From NCBI GenBank assembly GCA_021786105.1, contig JAJYNW010000010.1, forward strand, positions 35,330 to 99,329: DNA of 64,000 nt. The letters are read 5' to 3'. The notes beneath the pieces were generated by a model. The model saw only the letters and a list, made by a program, of their open reading frames with translations, searched no databases and was not told where the DNA came from. The number at the start of each line of letters is the position of its first letter. Within the stretch, counting starts at the first letter, position 1. The DNA is from a bacterium. GTDB taxonomy: Bacteria > Patescibacteriota > Microgenomatia > Daviesbacterales > UBA10151. A program made the position numbers and the translations under genes. Positions 59,492-64,000 of the stretch are shown one piece after another.

Positions 59492-61552
59492 ATGAGAAGA
59501 AGCAATCTTGTTATCAGCAGCGGAAATATTTTTATGATTTCAAATTTTACCGGTGATATTGTGGCTCAGGATTATCAGGGCCTATTTTCTGCTGATGTTA
59601 GACACCTGAGCAAACTAGAACTGCTTATTAATAATAGTCCTCTCGAGGCTTTGTCATCTCAGGAGACAGGTTTTCATAGCGCTTCCATAGTTTTAGGCAA
59701 TTATCCGACCAAAGACCTTTCAAGGTTTGATTTAACTATCATCCGTAAACGTACCATTACTAAAATATTCCACGAAGATATAGAAGTAAAGAATAATACT
59801 CAAAAGCAGTTAAGTTTTCTGCTGGGTTTAAAGTTCGATACTGATTTTTCCGATATATTTGAGATTAGAGCCTTAACTCGCGGAGGAAACCAGGAGCATC
59901 CTAATAAACGTTTCATTACAAAAAACTTTAGGAAAAAACATCTGCTGATTTTTTCCTATGCCAGAGATGCTTTTAGAAGAACTACCGTCATCCATTTTAG
60001 TCAACCAGTTCAGTTAAAAGGCAATATTGTTAATCTTTCCGTTTCGCTTCAACCGAAACAACGGCTTACTTTTTCGTTTTCAATTGCTTTCTTGGCAGGG
60101 AGAAAAACAATTACGGTCAGAAGGTTGGAAAAAATAAAAAAAGAAGCAGAGATTTTAAAGGAGTGGCACTGGTCAAAATTGACGCTGCAGACTGACTGGG
60201 ATGATTTCGAGCAGGCAATTAGCCAAAGTCTAAGCGACCTAGCAGCACTTCGTATCTACCAGGAAGAAATGCCTGGGAAAATTACTTCGCTGCCTGCTGC
60301 CGGTATCCCTTGGTTCGTGGCAATTTTTGGCCGGGATAGTTTAATAACTGCTTATCAAACCATAATCTTTGGATTAGAGTTAGCAATTTCAACTCTTAAA
60401 TTTTTGGCAAAATACCAGGGGAAAGAAGTAAACCCCTTGCGGGATGAGCAGCCGGGAAAAATTTTGCACGAAATGCGCTTTGGCGAGACGGCCTATTTTA
60501 GGAATTGGGTGCCGTTTCCTTATTATGGAGCTGTAGATACCACGCCGCTTTTTTTGATACTTTTATCCGAGGTTTACCGATTCGGAGCCTCAGTTGGGTT
60601 CATTAAAGAGATGAAGGATTCAGCTCTTAAGGCGCTAAAATGGATTGATGAGTATGGTGATATGGATCAGGATGGCTTTGTGGAGTATCAAAGGGGGTCA
60701 GAAAGGGGGCTTAAAAATCAAAACTGGCGCGATTCCTGGGATTCAATGATTTTTAGAAACGGAGAAATAGCCCAAACCCCGATTACCTCAAGTGATGTCC
60801 AGGGTTATGTCTATGATGCAAAAATGCGCATTGCCGAGATTGCCAGATCTGTTTGGCAGGACATCTCTCTGGCAGTAAGGCTGGAACAAGAAGCAGCCGA
60901 GCTTAAAGGTAGGTTTAACGAAGCCTTTTGGATTAAAAGTAAGGGCTATTTTGCTTTAGGATTGGATAGAAACAAAAGACAGATTGACTCACTTTCTTCT
61001 GGTATCGGCCAGTTGCTTTGGAGTGATATTGTAAACGAAGAAAAGATCCCGCGAGTAGTAAGTCTTCTTTTTTCAAATGGGTTATACAGCGGGTGGGGAG
61101 TGAGAACTATCAGCAAAGATGATAAAGGATATAATCCGTTGATTTACCATCGGGGAACGGTTTGGCCGCATGATAATAGTTTGATTGCAGCCGGATTGGT
61201 TAAGGCCGGACAAAGAGAGAAAGCTTTGCAGATAATTCTTGATACGATTACAGCCAGCTCCTTTTTTAATTACCGATTGCCGGAAGTATTTGCCGGCTTT
61301 GACCGGTCTGAAATTCCGTTTCCGGTCCAATACCCCACCGCTGCCAGTCCGCAAGCCTGGTCAGCCGGAGCCCCAATCCTTTTCCTGCGTCTGCTTTTAG
61401 GGATAGAGCCTGATATCAAACGTCAAACATTGCGGATAAATCCGATGTTACCGCCAAATATGGATTACCTTACCGTCGATGGTATTTCTGCCTTCAGAAA
61501 ATATTTTTCCATTAGGGCTGGCAAAGACGGGTCAAAGATTGTACCGCAGTAA
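59492..61552 (+). CDS. Amylo-alpha-1,6-glucosidase / glycogen debranching family glycoside hydrolase
   Basis: AGIPWF..FGRDSL, PGKILHE, YHRGTVWPHDN, PQAWS. Confidence 0.88.
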   Translation: MRRSNLVISSGNIFMISNFTGDIVAQDYQGLFSADVRHLSKLELLINNSPLEALSSQETGFHSASIVLGNYPTKDLSRFDLTIIRKRTITKIFHEDIEVKNNTQKQLSFLLGLKFDTDFSDIFEIRALTRGGNQEHPNKRFITKNFRKKHLLIFSYARDAFRRTTVIHFSQPVQLKGNIVNLSVSLQPKQRLTFSFSIAFLAGRKTITVRRLEKIKKEAEILKEWHWSKLTLQTDWDDFEQAISQSLSDLAALRIYQEEMPGKITSLPAAGIPWFVAIFGRDSLITAYQTIIFGLELAISTLKFLAKYQGKEVNPLRDEQPGKILHEMRFGETAYFRNWVPFPYYGAVDTTPLFLILLSEVYRFGASVGFIKEMKDSALKALKWIDEYGDMDQDGFVEYQRGSERGLKNQNWRDSWDSMIFRNGEIAQTPITSSDVQGYVYDAKMRIAEIARSVWQDISLAVRLEQEAAELKGRFNEAFWIKSKGYFALGLDRNKRQIDSLSSGIGQLLWSDIVNEEKIPRVVSLLFSNGLYSGWGVRTISKDDKGYNPLIYHRGTVWPHDNSLIAAGLVKAGQREKALQIILDTITASSFFNYRLPEVFAGFDRSEIPFPVQYPTAASPQAWSAGAPILFLRLLLGIEPDIKRQTLRINPMLPPNMDYLTVDGISAFRKYFSIRAGKDGSKIVPQ

Positions 61553-61567
61553 AGGATGAATTAAATT

Positions 61568-62005
61568 TTATCTGCCGTATGTTCCGATAATTTGAGCTGC
61601 ATCAATAACATGGCCTTCTATTGCTTCCAGGATTTCTTCGGCTGTTGCGCCTGCTTCTAAATCCAATGGTCCGTCTAAAGCATAAAGGGTGAAGATGTAT
61701 TTGTGAATACCCGAAGGAGGGCAAGGGCCGCTGTATTCTGAGTGTTCAGAATCATTTTTCCCCTCTATTGCTGTTGACGGTACGCTATCTTCGTCAATAT
61801 GGTCGGTGCCTGGATCCATATTGAATAATAACCAATGATAAAAGGTCTTGCCCGGTGCATCAGGATCAGAAACTATTAAGGCTAAGCTTGCCGCCTCGCT
61901 TGGAATATCTTCAAACTTTAAGGGAGGGTTAATATCTTCACCGTCACAAGTATATTTTTGAGGAATTTTTCCATTGTTTTCAAAAACCGGACTGGTTATT
62001 TCCAT
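61568..62005 (-). CDS. YbhB/YbcL (PEBP) family protein
   Basis: YTCDG, DPDAP, HW, GPCPP, YALD. Confidence 0.93.
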   Translation of the reverse strand: MEITSPVFENNGKIPQKYTCDGEDINPPLKFEDIPSEAASLALIVSDPDAPGKTFYHWLLFNMDPGTDHIDEDSVPSTAIEGKNDSEHSEYSGPCPPSGIHKYIFTLYALDGPLDLEAGATAEEILEAIEGHVIDAAQIIGTYGR

Positions 62006-62039
62006 TTTAGTAGTTACTTTTTAAATATACGTTTAAAAG

Positions 62040-62105
62040 TTAAGATCTGAGACAAAGAAAAGTAAGCTTACTGCAAGAATTATTTGAATCTTACAGATTT
62101 TTAAC
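62040..62105. promoter_or_regulatory. Direct-repeat boxes in divergent intergenic region
   Basis: Plus strand TCTTAC 62089 and TTTAAC 62100; minus-oriented TTAAG 62040, GTAAG 62062, GCAAG 62073. Confidence 0.5.
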
Positions 62106-62166
62106 GCCTTTTTGCCCGAAATCTATTAAAAAAGAAGTAGCATGAAAGTGAAAGAGGGCGAGTAAA

Positions 62167-62457
62167 GTGGCAGGAGAGTCAAAGACAACCACAAACCATG
62201 AGGAGATTAAGAAGTGGGTTGAACAGCGGGGTGGCCGTCCAGCTATTGTTAGGGGTACGGAAAAAACCGGAGAGGGAATAGGTCTTTTGCGGATAGATTT
62301 TCAGGGAGACGGGGAAGGGCCGGATCCATCACTACGCCCCATATCCTGGGAAGAATTTTTCCAAACATTTGATGGGAAAAATTTAGCCTTTTTATATCAG
62401 GATCAAACGGCAGAAGGAAAAGAAAGCAGATTCTTTAAACTAGTCAGCAGAACTTAG
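62167..62457 (+). CDS. Conserved small hypothetical protein (TTTxHxEIxxW family)
   Basis: TTTNHEEIKKWVEQRGGRPA, LRIDF, SWEEFF. Confidence 0.75.
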   Translation: MAGESKTTTNHEEIKKWVEQRGGRPAIVRGTEKTGEGIGLLRIDFQGDGEGPDPSLRPISWEEFFQTFDGKNLAFLYQDQTAEGKESRFFKLVSRT

Positions 62458-62465
62458 GTGATTAG

Positions 62466-63107
62466 ATGTTTTTTCAAAATCGTCAGGAAGCAGGGAAAAA
62501 GTTAGCTTCTGAAATCTTTAAATACCGGAAGGAAAATCCTTTTGTTTTAGCCATACCCAAAGGGGGTGTGCCGATTGGTTATGAAATTGCTGAGGTTTTG
62601 CTAGCCCCCTTAGAGGTGTTGGTGGTAAGGAAAATTGTTCTATCGGGAGATAAAGATTTTGGGATAGGCGTTATTGCCGAGGGGGGGATAAAAATTTTGG
62701 ATCAAACTACCATTGAGGTTTTAGGTATTGATGATGTGGAGTTGAAAGATACGATTGATTTGGAAGAAAAAGAACTGGAAAAGCGGGTGGAAATTTACCG
62801 GGGCGGGGAGCTGCCGAGTTTAACCGGCAAGACGGTAATTTTGGCAGATGACGGAATGGCTACGAGCATGACAGCCAAAGCAGCAGTTGAAGCGGTTAAG
62901 AAGCTAGATCCGAAAAAGATAATTTTTGCCACTCCGGTTTGCGTTTTGGATATGGCGGAGAATCTGCGCCGACTAATAGATGATGTTATTTGTCTGGCAG
63001 CGCCGGCTGAATTTATGGCTGAAAAGTTCTGGTATGACAATTTTACCCAAATGTCTGATGAAGAAATATTAAGGTTGCTGGAGGAAAATAGAAAAAGGAA
63101 TGGTTAA
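62466..63107 (+). CDS. Phosphoribosyltransferase-family protein
   Basis: FQNRQEAG, PKGGVP, ADDGMAT. Confidence 0.88.
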   Translation: MFFQNRQEAGKKLASEIFKYRKENPFVLAIPKGGVPIGYEIAEVLLAPLEVLVVRKIVLSGDKDFGIGVIAEGGIKILDQTTIEVLGIDDVELKDTIDLEEKELEKRVEIYRGGELPSLTGKTVILADDGMATSMTAKAAVEAVKKLDPKKIIFATPVCVLDMAENLRRLIDDVICLAAPAEFMAEKFWYDNFTQMSDEEILRLLEENRKRNG

Positions 63108-63114
63108 TTTAAAA

Positions 63115-63378
63115 TTATTGTTTGCCTTCTTTTCCCTGGATTCTTTTTTTGCTTTCTAAATCCGGCTCATTGCTATGAACGTCGCCGCTGCTGACTCCTG
63201 GAGTGTGCATGGCAGACGAATCGCTGTATTCCAAATCATTAGGCTCTTTGGGAGTTTCGGTGCCTTTGTCGTCGGTGTCGTCATACATGACATGCCCGGT
63301 TTTCTTGATGTGTTCGTCCAACTCCGTCTCGTTTTTTGCAATAAAACCGCAAACAGGACATTTCCAAGGTTTAGCCAT
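63115..63378 (-). CDS. Small C2H2 zinc-finger protein with acidic tail
   Basis: WKCPVCG...LDEHIKKTGH; start 63378. Confidence 0.65.
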   Translation of the reverse strand: MAKPWKCPVCGFIAKNETELDEHIKKTGHVMYDDTDDKGTETPKEPNDLEYSDSSAMHTPGVSSGDVHSNEPDLESKKRIQGKEGKQ

Positions 63379-63426
63379 CTTTAACTCCAGCTTAATACTT
63401 TTGAATAAAAACCGAATCATTAAAGC

Positions 63427-63502
63427 GTAAGGAAAAAGTAAGATATTTTTTTCAATCAGTCTTTCATAGTTCTTACTTTGTTTTAACTCTTAATTCAAAC
63501 CC
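63427..63502. promoter_or_regulatory. Direct-repeat boxes in divergent intergenic region
   Basis: GTAAG 63427 and 63438 (minus-oriented); AGTTCTTACTT TGTTTTAACTC 63468-63489 followed by TTAATTCAAACCC. Confidence 0.65.
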
Positions 63503-63521
63503 AATTAGTAGTATATAGAGA

Positions 63522-63857
63522 ATGGAAGAGGCGATCAGGAATAGTTTAGATTGTTACAGAATCTGTGAAGAAACCATTGCTTATTGCTTGAAAATGGGCG
63601 GTAGGTACGTAGAGCCTGATCATGTGCAGATTGTGGTCGATTGTGCCCAGATGTGTAATCTTCATGCTTCATTTATGATCAGAAATTCCAATTTTGCGGG
63701 CCGGACTGCCGAACTTTGTGCTGATATTTGTGAGAAATGTGCAGCCAGTTGCGAAGCGGTAGACCCGGAAGATACGCAGCTGAAAACCTGTGCTGAGATG
63801 TGCAGAAAGTGTGCCGCCTCTTGTAGAAAAGTGGAACAAAGAACAGAAGTAGTATAA
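63522..63857 (+). CDS. Cys-rich four-helix-bundle copper storage protein (DUF326/YhjQ-like)
   Basis: Repeated CxxxCxxC motifs (CADICEKCAASC, CAEMCRKCAASC). Confidence 0.9.
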   Translation: MEEAIRNSLDCYRICEETIAYCLKMGGRYVEPDHVQIVVDCAQMCNLHASFMIRNSNFAGRTAELCADICEKCAASCEAVDPEDTQLKTCAEMCRKCAASCRKVEQRTEVV

Positions 63858-64000
63858 GAACCTCTTTAATTCCCCGCAATGTCCCCGTAAATATCCGACA
63901 CTAACTCCTCTCTAAGGGTGGTCTCATGCCTTTGTTAATATGTGGCCTGTGATAATGATATCTGTCTAAGAACTGGTTAACAACTAGGGTAAGTTGAGGT

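Overview
Bacterial chromosomal segment. Gene content, compact overlapping genes, apparently leaderless promoters and prepilin-like N-termini suggest a CPR/Patescibacteria (Microgenomates-like) genome; this is inferred, not proven. 1-14.5 kb: housekeeping genes (yqeY, ybeY, dnaX, glyA, folD, recR, ybaB, cysS, cmk, M16 peptidase, gdhA, PAP2, dgkA) plus a complete IS1595-family element (2326-4582) with an 8-bp target duplication and passenger ORFs. 14.6-33.9 kb: a near-complete de novo purine cluster (purF, purN-purD fusion, purL, purQ, guaA, purA, two archaeal-type purP paralogs, purH, purB, purE, purC, prs, purM). 33.9-48 kb: envelope genes and a glycerate kinase-like/ppsA/eno/gpm block. 49-64 kb: a general-stress/osmoprotection-like island. 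Unexplained structure: (i) several families of short palindromic repeats (RPE/REP-like), found intergenically, in frame inside CysS, PurL (3 times), PurA and PurM, and forming the ends of Cmk, PurN-PurD and PurE; (ii) degenerate 7/8-nt tandem repeats inside core genes; (iii) an 11-bp-period direct-repeat motif (T[C/T]TTAC-like) in five intergenic regions of the stress island, suggesting an undescribed regulon.
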